The notes under the pieces: generated by a model
Seen by the model: the letters and a program-made list of their open reading frames with translations, nothing else
Database searches by the model: none
Told to the model about the DNA's origin: nothing
Program-made: the position numbers and the translations under genes
NCBI RefSeq assembly: GCF_018977255.1
Contig: NW_024704743.1
Coordinates: forward strand, 109,680,001-109,744,000
Length of the DNA stretch: 64,000 bases
Reading direction: 5' to 3'
From: Callorhinchus milii
Lineage: Eukaryota
In this document: positions 11,761 to 23,900 of the stretch, in pieces
Position numbering within the stretch: the first letter of the stretch is position 1
How the letters are laid out: each line of letters opens with the position of its first letter

Positions 11761-13619
11761 GATACAATACAATACAAAATTACATTTGTATAGTGCCTTT
11801 CACATCAGGAGGATGTCCCAAGGTGCTGAGCCAGGCTAACTTACTCTGAGCATTATCTATAAATACACAGTCACTACAACTTGACAGAAAACTCTTTGAA
11901 GTGTTTGAGATGTTCCAACATAATCGGGGCTGCATTAAACGCAAGCATTATCGTATTATTACTATTTTATCATCATAAAAATACAAGTTTCTCCTCTGCT
12001 CGGCTGTGACCTTAATGGTTATTAAAGGCAACATCAAGACATTTGACAGGCAGGAGGACAGAGCGTTAAGAGATTGGAACCTAAAAATGGAAGCCAAATG
12101 AAAACTCTACACTGTGATTATAAAGCATCTGACATAGGACATCACCCTTTCTTGAATTAATTGCAACCTTGAACACTTGGCATATGTAATGTTATTAAAT
12201 CCAGATAGTCCCTCTCTCCAACCACCATATAGAATGAGGGAGTAAGGGCTTGGCCCAGCTGAAGATCAGATAACGTGCAAAGATAATACAGTTTCAGATG
12301 GGATTCATATATTATTCATGTAAATCACTGACAAAACCATTATCAAACAAAAGCCACTCAGAGTGCTGATTGAGTACATCCAGGGATTGCTAAGTAGAGC
12401 TGGCATTGATCTATTTGGCCCAGTATCCAAGGCTTCAGTAAAAATGTGTGCAGCAAACACATTAGGGAAGGGGGGATGGGAAGTGGGGAGGGGCAATTCA
12501 GTATGTGATGATTATCACACGGACAGAAAATACACTGGTTTTGTGTTGCATTTGCTTATTATTATGGTTTATATTCTCCCCCCCCCTTCCTCCTCATCCA
12601 AATTTAGCCCAAAATACAAATTAATTGGCAATTTCTTACTTGTTGGGGATGGATGTCACTGGAGTGGATTGGCTGCTGTGTTTGTGTGTGTAGCGCCATT
12701 TGCTTTCATTTCTCACTCATTAGCTTTTGTGAAGCGCTTTCAAAACGTTTATAGTTGTATAATCCTTCACAGGATATACTGCAGTGACTCTGTATTTTGT
12801 AGGTGAACGCAACAGCCTACTTGCACACAACAAAGTACCCACAAATAACCGTTTATGGATACAGTTAACACCTACACCTCCACTGCCTCCCTTGACCACA
12901 TCATCTCTGTCTCTTTAAATCCCAAAACACCTAACTCTTTGACTGAGCTTACTGCCACCTTCCCCTAATCACTGTCCTTGTCAACTGCTCAGAATCATTA
13001 TCCTATGTGAAGGGGAAGGCAAGATGTTGCTAAAATAACTTGTAGAAAAACAGCTTGAAAAGTAAGGCTGTTCTGTAGAATCTGCCAAATTGTGGAAGCT
13101 CTGAAATTGTTAAGAAATAAATAAGAGTATATAAGTAAATAAATAGAATAAATCTAAATCCAGGTGGAATTTCTCCACAAAAGAATAACACCAGAGAGCT
13201 CAGCATTTCGCTCTTTAAATGATTCCTTTTTGTGTTACAAAATATCAGTTTTGTCTGAGTGAAACAGAATCGAATTCTGTGAAATCACAGATTAAAATAA
13301 AAATCACTTGGCAAGTCTGAGAGACATAGGTGAGATTTCCTCTTTCCGAGTGGGGGAGTGTTTGGAGGCAGAGGCAGGTGGTGGTTTTATACTTGGCGAA
13401 ATGCCTGTCTGTCAGAAACGAAGATAAATGAGGCAGTTTCTGAAATTACTGGATAAAATCAAATTGTATTTGGCATATTTCCTGAGAAGTTTGTTCTGAA
13501 CACAGCAAGTCTGAAAGCAGAGCACGTCACAGTCTGGAGTGCTTTAAGTGACTAAAAGTGCACAAAGAGCTGTTGCTGAAGCTAGCATCCAGCTTCTTCC
13601 TCCCACCTTCGGACAGTCC

Positions 13620-13798
13620 GTCATTGAGTCAGTCAGGGAGCAAGTCTGTCAGGGGGCAAGTCTATCAGGGAATGGGTCACAATGAGACAGTCAGTGAGTC
13701 AATAAGGAAATCAGTCAGTTATCAATGAGTGAGTCCTTCACTCAGTCAATGAGCCAGTCAGTGAATCAATGAATGAGCCAGTCAGTGAATCAGTCACT
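13620..13798. repeat. Degenerate (CAGT/GAGT/GAAT)n simple repeat
   Basis: Repeating cagtcagtgagtcaat / gagccagtcagtgaatca units. Confidence 0.8.
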
Positions 13799-14339
13799 GT
13801 AAAAAATATTTCTCTAACTTCTATTTATTTTGGTAATGATCTTAAATTAATATCCTTCAGTTACCAACTTACCAACATAATGAAACTAGTTCCTCTCTGT
13901 TCACTTCATCAGAACCCTCCTTACGGAATGTATCCATCAGGTCTCCTCTAAACTCTTCTCTCTTCCAGTGAAGGCAGCCCCAGTTTTGCCGTTTTATTAC
14001 CAGTCTTGAGAGGGGTAGTATCATAGCGACGTGACACAATGACACTGAAATCTCAGTGCTGCCCGCAATTTCAAAAGGATTCTCTGACTCATGTTCACTC
14101 AACAGTTCCATCTGCCTGGAATGACCTGCAGACACACTCAGGTCAGTCCTGTGCCTTATACACAGTAATACCAGGTTTCTTCAAGCTATCCTGCTAGGCA
14201 GAGGGTTCTGCTACTCCGGGAGATTTGTTTATGGTCCCCGCTTTCTATTGAGATGCTAATAAACAACTTTTCTTTTTGCACCTTAAAAGGGAAGCAGTGT
14301 TGGGAGTTTTTTGTCTGGCAAGCCAAATATTAGTGTTTA

Positions 14340-14342
<3 letters not shown>

Positions 14343-14372
<30 letters not shown>

Positions 14373-14677
14373 CCTTGCATTTTGATATAGCGCTTTTCAC
14401 GTCGGGAGGACGTCCCAAAGCGCTTCACAGAACACACTGTAAAGTGAATTGACTGTATATTTGTGGGCGACCGCGCAGCCAATTGCGCACAGCAATGTCC
14501 CACAAACAGTCGTAGATTGAAAATGACCAATTTATTATTGTTTTTAGTTTTGGAGGGATTATTATTAGGCGTGTGGAGTAAGGAAACTTGCCCAAGGTTT
14601 CGCCCTCTGCCTGGAATTGAACTCAGGTCTCTCGCTTGCAAAGCGAGTGCTCTAACCACTGAGCTACAGGACTCCAC
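14343..14677 (-). mobile_element. SINE family A, young short variant
   Basis: Near-identical to the copies at 6556 and 39709; long (TTA)n tail. Confidence 0.95.
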
Positions 14678-15299
14678 AGTCCAGCTGTGGAGCCAGCTGG
14701 TTGTAAGGTTGCAGAAGTTGGTTAGACCCTGGGCAGATTTGAAATAGTCTCTCTCTCTCTACCAAAACTGTTCATAATTCTGAAAATTTGCATTATATCC
14801 TTTGACTTCTAACATTTCTTCCAGTGTCCTGGCCAACAATCCCACAAATAAGTTGGTCATCGACGTTATGCCTGTTTGTGGGACATTGCTGTGTGCAAAT
14901 TGGCTATCGCATTCACCTACAATCCTTTCTCACCTACAATCTTAGAAAATACATTTACTTTACAGTAATTTTTGAGGTGGAAGTCAGGGAGAGAAGGTGC
15001 AACAGGTAAGGATTTTGGAATGCGAGGAACAGTATCTCAAAGCCTCTTGGTGATGGGACATTGCTGTGCGTAAATTAGTTGACGCATTCGCCTACAAAAT
15101 ACAGTAACTGCACTTTGTGAAGCACTTTGAGAAATCCTCCCAATGTGAAAGGTGCTATATCAAAGTGAAGTATTATGATTATTATCATAAATATTCTCAG
15201 CCATCGAGTGGAAGGGGGGGTCAGTTGATGGCTTTCTAAGCTCTTACGCTCTGTTTTCTAACCAAATGTTCATCACATTCATATCTTGCTGAACAATAC

Positions 15300-15628
15300 A
15301 TGTTGCACAAAGCAAGGTTCCACAAACAGCCATAAGATGAATGATCAGTTCAGCTGGAGGATTGACAGCCAGTACAGAGGAAGAAACTCCCTTCGCTTTT
15401 TTAATTAGTTAAATGGAAGCTTTTACGTCCACCTGAAAACAGGTGTATAATACCCCGGTTTTGCATTTAATCTGAAGGCTAGCAGCTCCAACATTGCAGT
15501 ACTCTCCCAGCACTAAACTGGAGCATCAACCAAGATTATTAGCTTAAGCCCTAATATGGAGGCTTGAACCAACCCACAACCTCGTGACCCAATGTGCGAG
15601 AACGCTATGAACAAAGCTAGGCTGACAC
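15300..15628 (-). mobile_element. SINE family B, decayed
   Basis: ttacgtccacctgaa..ggcttgaacc..cacaacctcgtgac..ggctgacac. Confidence 0.7.
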
Positions 15629-17201
15629 CACCGCAGATAGCAGTGAGCTTGCTGGATCCACTCACATTTTCCATTTCCCAAAACGGTTTGTGTTCTCATG
15701 GCCAGGAGATCACTATCACCTGTAAAATGTAATGAGTTTCACATTTGCCCATTAGAGAGCCTCCAACTCATTCCAGCTGAGCAGCCTGCTACAAACCGGA
15801 GATGTGTGAGAGCAGGTGACAGTTCTCTATTACTGATCTGAAAACATTGAGATGTGAAGTGTCATTCGTTTCTGGTTTATTATTGCTCTGAGCAAGTGCA
15901 CTATGTAAAAACAATTCATTTCAACCTTTTCACTGGCCCACTGTTCTTGCTGTTTAGCTAAGGTAAGATTAACCTTCTGAGAGGCTTTGAATGGAGTATT
16001 GGGTGTTTAAAAATGTTGAGGGGTTTGATAAGGTAAATATAATAATAATAATAATCCTTGCATTTCTGATTCAGCACCTTATCACATCTTCTAGACATCT
16101 CATAGCACTTCACAGAATATACTGTATATTGTATACTTGGTGGATGAAACTCGGCAGCCATTTGTGCACAGCAGTGTCCCACAAGCAGTAACATATGGAG
16201 CAATATAGCATGGAAACAGACAACTCGGCCCACCTATTCAATGGCAGTCAAAAATGCCTGCCGTCAATGCAATCATTACATTTTACACTAAAATCTGGTA
16301 GAATCATAGAAATTTACAGTGCAGGAAAAGAACATTGTGTGCACGACTCTCAGAGCAAAATGTTCATTCAATAATAATAATAAACCTTATATTTGGTATA
16401 GAACCTTTTGCGTCAGGAAGACGTCCCCAAACACTTCACAATAAAGCGCACTGTAAAGTTTTCTGGATGAACATGACAGCCAATATGAACACAAATATTA
16501 ATGAAGTGAGTGACCAATTTTATTGGCTAGGTTGTGGAAGAAACCCCAAAGCTTCCTGACTCAGAGGTGAGTGAGAGTGCTACCAACTGACCAACCTGAC
16601 ACCTAACCCCCCCTTATCTCCCTTCAAGGGCAACATTCTATTGCCATTGCTGGGGGACAACTGGTTTACCAGATCTTTAATGCCACATCTCAACAACCAA
16701 ATTCCTGGTCATGTAAAGATATCAAAAACATAATTGGTAAAAGAAGAGTGTTTCTCCCAATGTCATGGCCAACAATAACAATACAGATTACATTTGTATA
16801 GTGCCTTTCAAGTCGGGAGGACGGTCCAAGGCCCTGGACAGTCAGGGATTTGGATCTGAGCATGAGTCGAGGGAAAGTTTTTTGAGGGCGAGAGATCTCT
16901 CTCTCATTCTATTATGATCCTCTGGGGGAAGAGGGGAGGGAGGTTAATGAGTTTTGCTTGAAGCTGAACTGGTTCCAAGGTGATGTGCACAACCTAGGTG
17001 TCAGGTTCGACCTACAGCTGTCCTTCATACCGGCCCCTGACAACAACACATCCGGATCCTGACCACAACAATAACAAAATAGTAGTAATCCTTCCATTTG
17101 ATATAGCACCTTATAATTGTCTTACAGCATTTCTCAGGATTTTACTGTCAAATGTAGTGATTGCATTTGTAGGTAACCCAAAACCTGCAGATAACATTGT
17201 T

Positions 17202-17571
17202 GTGGAATACTGTAGTTCAGTGGTTAGAGCACTCACCTCGCAAGCGAGAGGACCTGGTTCGATTCCCAGGCAGGGCGAAACTCTGGGCAAGTTTCCTTAC
17301 TCCACACGCCTCTGTTTACCCAGCAGTAAGTAAGAACCTGGTTGTTAGACGATTGGCGGATCGCTTTTCTGGGGATAATAATCCCTTCAAAAAAAATAAT
17401 AATAATTTGGTCACTCAATCCACGACTGTTTGTGAGACACTACTGTGCACAATTGGTTACTGCGTTTCGCACAAAATACACAGTGAATTCACTTTACAGT
17501 ATATTCTGTGAAGTGCTTTGAGATGTTTCAAAGACATCATAAGGCGCTGTATCAATGCAAAGATTATTATT
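17202..17571 (+). mobile_element. SINE family A, long variant
   Basis: tRNA head with B-box GTTCGATTCC, extra internal segment of about 62 nt, L2-type tail. Confidence 0.92.
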
Positions 17572-17576
17572 AAGAG

Positions 17577-17961
17577 AATGTTGAAGGGCAATATGATTAC
17601 GGTCTTTAAGATTCTGAAGGGAATAGATAATGTAGACCATGATAAGCCGTTTTATCTTGTACTGAACAGTAGAACCAGAAGACACAGCCTGCGATTGAAG
17701 GGGATAAATTCGGAACAAATTTGCGGAAACACTACTTCAGTGAGCGAGTAGTAAATTTATGGAACAGGCTCCCTAGGGAGACAGCGGAAGCAGAAGATGT
17801 TGTTTGTTTCAAGAACAAATTAGATAAATTTCTGCTAGAAAATAGTATCTTGGGATACAGTATATTGTTTGGGACACAATAAGTCAAGCGACTGCCAGGA
17901 TGGTGGAAAGCGAACCAGATAGACCTTGGTCTTCTTTCGCCTAGCAAATTCTTACGATCTT
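17577..17961 (+). mobile_element. CR1 LINE 3' fragment (second subfamily)
   Basis: Translation LKGNMITVFKILKGIDNVD..SRTRRHSLRLKG matches the CR1 ORF2 C-terminus; ends ttcttacgatctta. Confidence 0.88.
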
Positions 17962-18469
17962 ATATTTTTCTTCTTATTATTCACTTCACAGATATTTTTG
18001 GCAGCTTGTGCAAGTGTGCGTAAAATGGCTGCAACGTTTGCCTACGAAAATAGACACAAACTAGGCTTGACAATAATTACCATTGAGATTTGCAAAGTGT
18101 TTAAGGCACTGTATCAAATGCATTTTTTCCCCTCTGTTTTTTTATCTTATCAATTTATTCCTTTGCTTGGGTAATGGAGCAAAGGAGCAGAAAGCAGCTA
18201 GCGATTGTATGTACTTGTGCATGGAGATTGTGTTAAATGGGTAATTGATTTTGCTCCTGAACGCAGGAGAGCCTGCTGCTATTTACATGACATTTGGAGG
18301 GTGCATCCACAGAGTGAGATTATTAAACACAAACAAGAGATCACAAAACAGGCTTTTCTCCAAAGGGGTCTGCTTCACAGCAGTTCTCAAAAGATTAATT
18401 GAGAAATTCAACCTATTTCGAAACTGTGATTTCCTCAGGTCAGCTTGATATGCAAGCTGTACTTAGGTG

Positions 18470-18775
18470 TCTGCCTGGCAGAAGTCTGTGGGTTCAAGCT
18501 CTCACGTTTGTTTCTTTGTGCTCACAGTCTAGGCTGACACTACAATGCAGTGCATTGCCAGAGGTGCCATCTTTTGGTAAGGTATCAAACCCGGGTCCTG
18601 TCTGCCTGTTCCAATACATTCCATTGTTTGAAAGATCCATTCAAAAAAGAGAATGATGTTTCTCCCAATGTCCTGAACAACAATCCCTCAGATAAAATTG
18701 GTCATTCACTTCATGACTATCTATGGACTATTATGTGTGCAAAATGATTTCCACTTTTGCATATACAAATAAATT
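18470..18775 (+). mobile_element. SINE family B, decayed
   Basis: gtgggttcaagc..ctaggctgacac..gaggtgccatctttt core. Confidence 0.7.
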
Positions 18776-18777
18776 TT

Positions 18778-19010
18778 GTTCAGCCAGGTGTCTGACACAT
18801 GTGGAAACCCATCACCTTGCTATAGAGTACCCAAATCATCTGAGAATTGCATGCATCTCACCTACACATGGAAATTACAGAGATAGATTGTTGGAACGAA
18901 ATGTGCACTCTCTCTTCCTGGAGAGACACATCCAGTTTACCTGTTTCTGGAAAGTATTAGGTGGAGGTTGGCAAGAGCCAAGGCTTGGGGACCCCTGAGT
19001 GTGCATTGGG
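18778..19010 (+). mobile_element. Unclassified repeat X
   Basis: cagccaggtgtctgacacatgtggaaacccatc...gttggcaagagccaaggcttggggacccc recurs in more than 8 places. Confidence 0.75.
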
Positions 19011-19019
19011 GTATTCGGT

Positions 19020-19170
19020 TTTAGCATCTCATGTGAAGGACATAACCTCTGACAATCCAGTGCTCCCCCAGCACTGCATTGGAGTGTCAGCTTGTGAGTT
19101 CAAAGTGTGGGGCTTGAACCCACAACCTCTGGCAGAGGTGAGGGTGCTGCCAACTGAGCCAGACTGACAC
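19020..19170 (-). mobile_element. SINE family B 5' part (tRNA-like head)
   Basis: ggggcttgaacccacaacctc..gtgctgccaactgagccagactgacac. Confidence 0.75.
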
Positions 19171-20670
19171 ACATGAGATTAGGGTGGAGAACATTGTCAG
19201 AAGTGCCTTGCTTTGAGTAATACACTATACAAAGAAACCGGGGCACTGGGGAACAAATTCTAAACAGGATTCAGTATAATTTCTTGGCAACAACTCAGAG
19301 CATCCACTATTTGTAAATTCATAAATTCGGTTTTAAATTATAAGCTCTTTTTTTCTGTAAGTTTCTTTGAAGGACCAGAAATTTACAGTCCAGAAGGAGG
19401 TCAATCCACCCACTAAATTTGCACCAGGTCAGAACAAGCTGTCCATTCAATCCCACTGCTCCCCCCTATCCCCGTACCCCACAGAATCATAGAAAATTAA
19501 CAATACAACAACAAGCATTTATACAGTGCTCTTCATGCAGAGTAGTCTTGGGGCACTGCATTGGAGTGTTCTTATAGTGTCCTTAAAGTTGCTGTTTCAC
19601 ACACAAAGCATGTTTAAATGATTTATTACGTTTGTGGATAATGCAGAGCTTTTGAGTCCATACCTGAGGAAGAAATTAAATTCACTTCTTCATATCTGAA
19701 TCTGAACACAATTTTATATAGCATTAGTGATTAATGAGAAGAAGCAAGTATGTGACAAGATATCAGAGATTTTCCTGGAATATGTTGCTAATGTCCTGTT
19801 GATCCATCTACGCCCTGGCACCCCCTTATCTCTCTACTCTCTGGACTACTCCTCTGCTTGCCCCATTTATTTGACTGACTCGGGCTTGCAGTATACCTCA
19901 CTCCCCCATGCCCTACACGCCACAATCTGTGGCCAGGCCATCAGTTCCTATGCCTCTAACCTCTAGAACTCCCTCCATCTGCCACTCCATCTCATCCCCT
20001 CTCTTTCTGTCTTTCACCTCAAATCCTACCTCTTTGAATGTACCTATTAATAATCCTTGCATTTTTAATAATCCTTGCATTTATTATAGTGCCTTATTAT
20101 GCCTCGAGACGCCTCAAAAGCCTCTATTTATTCATTTATTTATTTAATAATCTGTTGCCTTGTTTCTCCTCCTTGTTCGGCATCCAATTCCGTCCCTGTA
20201 AAGCACTCTGAGACATTACACAATGTGAAAATGGAAAAAGTCTGTTGCATAAACTTTATGCCTATTTATGCAATAGGCAGACTGCTAGAACCAGGCATAC
20301 TAGCATAAAGTGCCTACTGTATTTAAATAGGCACTATCTAAAAGCAAATTATTGTTGTTGGTGGTTGGTGGTGTTAGTCATATTCAGAGAATATTTCCAC
20401 CAGGGTCCAAAAAATCACTCTGCTCATGTAGTGTCACAGAACGTCCAGATTATTCAATCGAGTATCAACTTTGAAGCTGGTCCCCTGTGGTTCGTAAAAG
20501 AAACTTACAGATTTAAGATTCTATGTAAGTACATGCCACACTCTGGATGCTCCCAGTGCTACACAAACAAAGTAAATGCAGACTCAGATAGAACTTTTCA
20601 CCCAAAATAACTGTCAGGATACCTACAATCATCAATTAAGAAAAACACAATTGCAGATTTCCAGCCATTA

Positions 20671-20925
20671 ACAACAACAACAACAAAATTACATTTGTAA
20701 AACGCCTTTCATGTTGGGAGGACGTTCCAAAGCGTTGAACAGTCGAGTATCAGGACCCGAGTGTGGCGGGGCAGGGTTGGAGTGAGGGAGGGCAGAGAGG
20801 TAGGAGGGCGGCTGAAAGTACGGTCGAAAAGGAGGGTCCTGAGTTGTGCCTTGAGGCAAGGAAGGGAGCAAGCAGAAGGGATTGTGCGATGGAGTTCCAG
20901 AGAGTGGAGGCAGCGAGGCTGAAAT
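20671..20925 (-). mobile_element. L2 3' terminal fragment with (TTG)n tail
   Basis: (CAA)n, cgcctttcatgttgggaggacgt stem-loop remnant, gcgatggagttccagag. Confidence 0.88.
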
Positions 20926-20935
20926 CCTGGTTCTT

Positions 20936-20974
20936 GAGTTCTGATGAAAGGTCATCGACCTGAAACGTTAACTC
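20936..20974 (+). ncRNA. Minimal type-I hammerhead ribozyme motif
   Basis: GAGTT-CTGATGA-A-AGGTC-ATC-GACCT-GAAA-CG-TT-AACTC: stem I GAGTT/AACTC, core CUGAUGA and GAAA, stem II AGGTC/GACCT, palindromic AACGTT at stem III. Confidence 0.72.
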
Positions 20975-21072
20975 GTTTTCCTCTCTCCACAGATGCTGCC
21001 TGATCTGCTGAGTGTTTCCAGCGACTTCTGCTTTTATTTCAGATTTCCATCATCTGCAGTATTTTGCCTTTT
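20936..21072 (+). mobile_element. Short Penelope-like terminal-repeat fragment carrying the hammerhead
   Basis: Hammerhead followed by cagatgctgcctgatctgctgagtgtttccagc..tttcagatttcc..ctgcagtattttgc. Homologous copies lie at 28185 and 42870. The Penelope assignment is inferred from the hammerhead type. Confidence 0.62.
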
Positions 21073-21452
21073 GAAGAGCTGTCAACTCCTGACCTTTGCA
21101 CTCAGATCACATAGGATAAACAAGCTTCATTGTAGCACACTTTATCACCTGGGGAACTCAAGTCTAATAAAACTGAAACACTGAAACCAATGAAGAAGAC
21201 AATAGTCTACTTCTTTCTCAGATTGATGGCTGGCATCCAAGAACTGAGGGCAGATTTGTGCTTCACTGCTTGAGCTGTGTTTACGCATCATTTCTTTCAG
21301 CAGGCTTTGGATCCAAAATAGTTACCAGTTTGATCCCCTAAGACGCACAAAGGACTATTTAAAGCAGAGTTTATGTTTGTTATGAATCATATGTAGATCT
21401 GTCTTTCTTTTCATCAGAAAGATTTATAATGACAAATATGTCCCGATCCTTT

Positions 21453-21754
21453 GAGGAGTCGTATAGCTCAGTGGTTAGAGTTCTCGCCACTCAAGCAAGG
21501 ACCTGGGTTTGATTCCCAGCAGCGCTAAACCTTGGGCAAGTTTCCTTACTCCACACGCCTGATAATAATCCCTCAAGAAAAAAACAATAATAAAATTGGT
21601 CACTTCAATCCATGACTGTTTGTGGGAACTACTGTGCGCAATTGGCTGCTGCATTTCGCCCACAAATATACAGTCAATTCACTTTACAGTATATTCTGTG
21701 AAGCTCTTTGAGACTTGAAGAGCCCTATATCAAATGCAAGGATTATTATTATTA
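21453..21754 (+). mobile_element. SINE family A, short variant
   Basis: tRNA head, shared body, gattattattatt tail. Confidence 0.9.
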
Positions 21755-21842
21755 TCTACATCTAAATGATCTTCTCGGAAGGCTAATTCATCCATGACTG
21801 ATCATTGGAGTAGCAAACATTCTTTTAATATAAATTATAATA

Positions 21843-22236
21843 TAAATAATCCTAGCATTTGATATAGCACCTTATCACATCATTGAAATATCTTAGAGTG
21901 CTTAACATAATTTTACTGTGCAGTGTAGTTACTGTGTATTTGTGGACAAATGTGGTAGCCAAATTGTACACAAGCTGCCGAGAAGTGAATGACTAATCTT
22001 ATCTGAGATATTGTTAGCCAGGACACCAGGCAAAATACCTTTTTGAATAGTGCCTTGGGATCTTTATCTTGAACAGGCAGACAGGACCCTGGTTTCATGT
22101 CAAGGACAACAACTCCAACATTGCTGCACACCCCCGACATTGCACTGGAGTATCAGTTCAAAGTCTCAACGTGGGGTTTGAACTGCCAACCTTCAGACTC
22201 AGTGGTGAGAGTGTTATCAACTGAGCTGGGCTGACA
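21843..22236 (-). mobile_element. SINE family B, near full length
   Basis: Tail, core and head (gactcagtggtgagagtgttatcaactgagctgggctgaca). Confidence 0.78.
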
Positions 22237-23679
22237 GACCATGATATAGAGAGCTCAGTTCCACTGTTACAACCATTGTGCTATGTAATCTCTGATTGTA
22301 ACCTGCACAATATAACCCCTACGTGTAGCCTCCGTATGGCTCCAATGACACTCCATCCACCAGTACATAGCATTCAAGAACTTCACCATCACGTTCAAAT
22401 TTTTCCACAGCCTCACCTCACTCTACCTCCTGCAGCACTGCTGCCATGCCATTCAGAAAACTTAACGTAACCCCCGATCTATCCCACCATTGGGGCTGAG
22501 CTTTCAGCCATTCTCCTCCCGCTCTCTTTAAATCCATTGCAGAACTCCATCCCTCCACCTTGTCTATCAAAACCCCTGCCCTCCACTTCGCCCCTCACCC
22601 CCCCTCCACCTCACCCCTCACTGCCCACCCCCTACACCTCGCCCCTCATCGCACCCCCCTTAGAAATCTGTCTTTAGACCTATCTTTCAACAGAACTTTC
22701 AGTCACCTCTTCCCATCCCCTTCCTCAGCTCCTCCTAGCCACCCACCACAACTCTGGCATCTAGTCAACTGTGTGAACTGCATTCTATTTAAAATGTGCA
22801 TTTTATTTGAAAAAGTTGTACATTATTGTAAATTGCTGTTGTTGAGTTGTGCATTACTGTGGTTTGTTGTCGAGTCACAGTTGAAAATGTGAGTGACTGA
22901 CCAGTAGAGATAAGATGGATTCTTGATGTATTTGCCAGCAGTCTAAATGCTAAGAGTCAAGGCAATGTTCCCCCATAATAATTTGTTTGCCTTTTAACTA
23001 TACTCAGAGTTATACTGTTGAAAACAATATTTACATTTATAAAATGCCTTTTATGTAAAAGAGGGATAGAGGTATTCTGGAAGGGCTTTCTTCCTCTGAA
23101 CATCTCTCTTGTGATCTTGCGAAAATGGTTTTAAAGGACGATTTTAATTCAAACAAGACTTTTATGTATTTGCATTTTTCCTTGTGATGGAAAACTAATT
23201 TACTTCAGTAGTGCATCTGATCTTCTTGCAACTCTTTAGTAATGAGTTTTTGATGCAACAACTTAAATGTGAGATAGTCAGTAATATGCAATGTGCTAAT
23301 TGAATTAGGGGCTTCTGATGATGTCATTGAAATTCAATTATTGTCTCGCCTCAGCTAATCTTTTCTAAAACTGTGTAAAATGCAAATTATTTAGTAATAT
23401 CTAGCTCGAGGCACACAATTTGCTTTGTACATAGCCTATAATGCTGAAAATAAAGCTCTTTCCAGCTACTTTCTCTCCATTTAGTGACTGTGTATTTCTA
23501 CATGAACACAACAGCTAATTTGCACCCAGAAAAAGTTCCACCAACAGCCCTGAAGTGAATGACCAATTTATTTTGAGGATTGGAAGAAAGGAAGAAACCA
23601 GCTTTTCGTTTTGAATTAGTATCATAGGATCTAAATGTCCACCTGAATAGACAGATAAAACCATGGTTCCCTCCTTCGC

Positions 23680-23900
23680 CAGCCCTGATGGTGTAGTGGA
23701 CAGAGTTACAGAACCAAGTAATCCCTGGTTCCAATCCCAATCCCTTGCTGATTTGCTAGAGTAAGGGAGGCTAAATTGGCTCCAGGGCTTTCCCAAGGTC
23801 AGGGAAGGTAAAATCAGACAGGGTTCCTGCTCTTCTACAGGTGGTAAAGGGAGGCGGGGGACGGGGTAGGGGGAGAGTAGGGCAGCTGGGTGAGGAGAAC
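23680..23900 (+). mobile_element. Possible third, old tRNA-headed SINE
   Basis: A-box-like TGGTGTAGTGG and B-box-like GGTTCCAATCC; body unlike families A and B; heavily decayed. Confidence 0.4.

Noticed and set aside
23315..23335. Other CTGANGA words (also 7183, 37009, 38702, 63096) as hammerheads
   Set aside because: They lack a paired stem II followed by GAAA and a closing stem I
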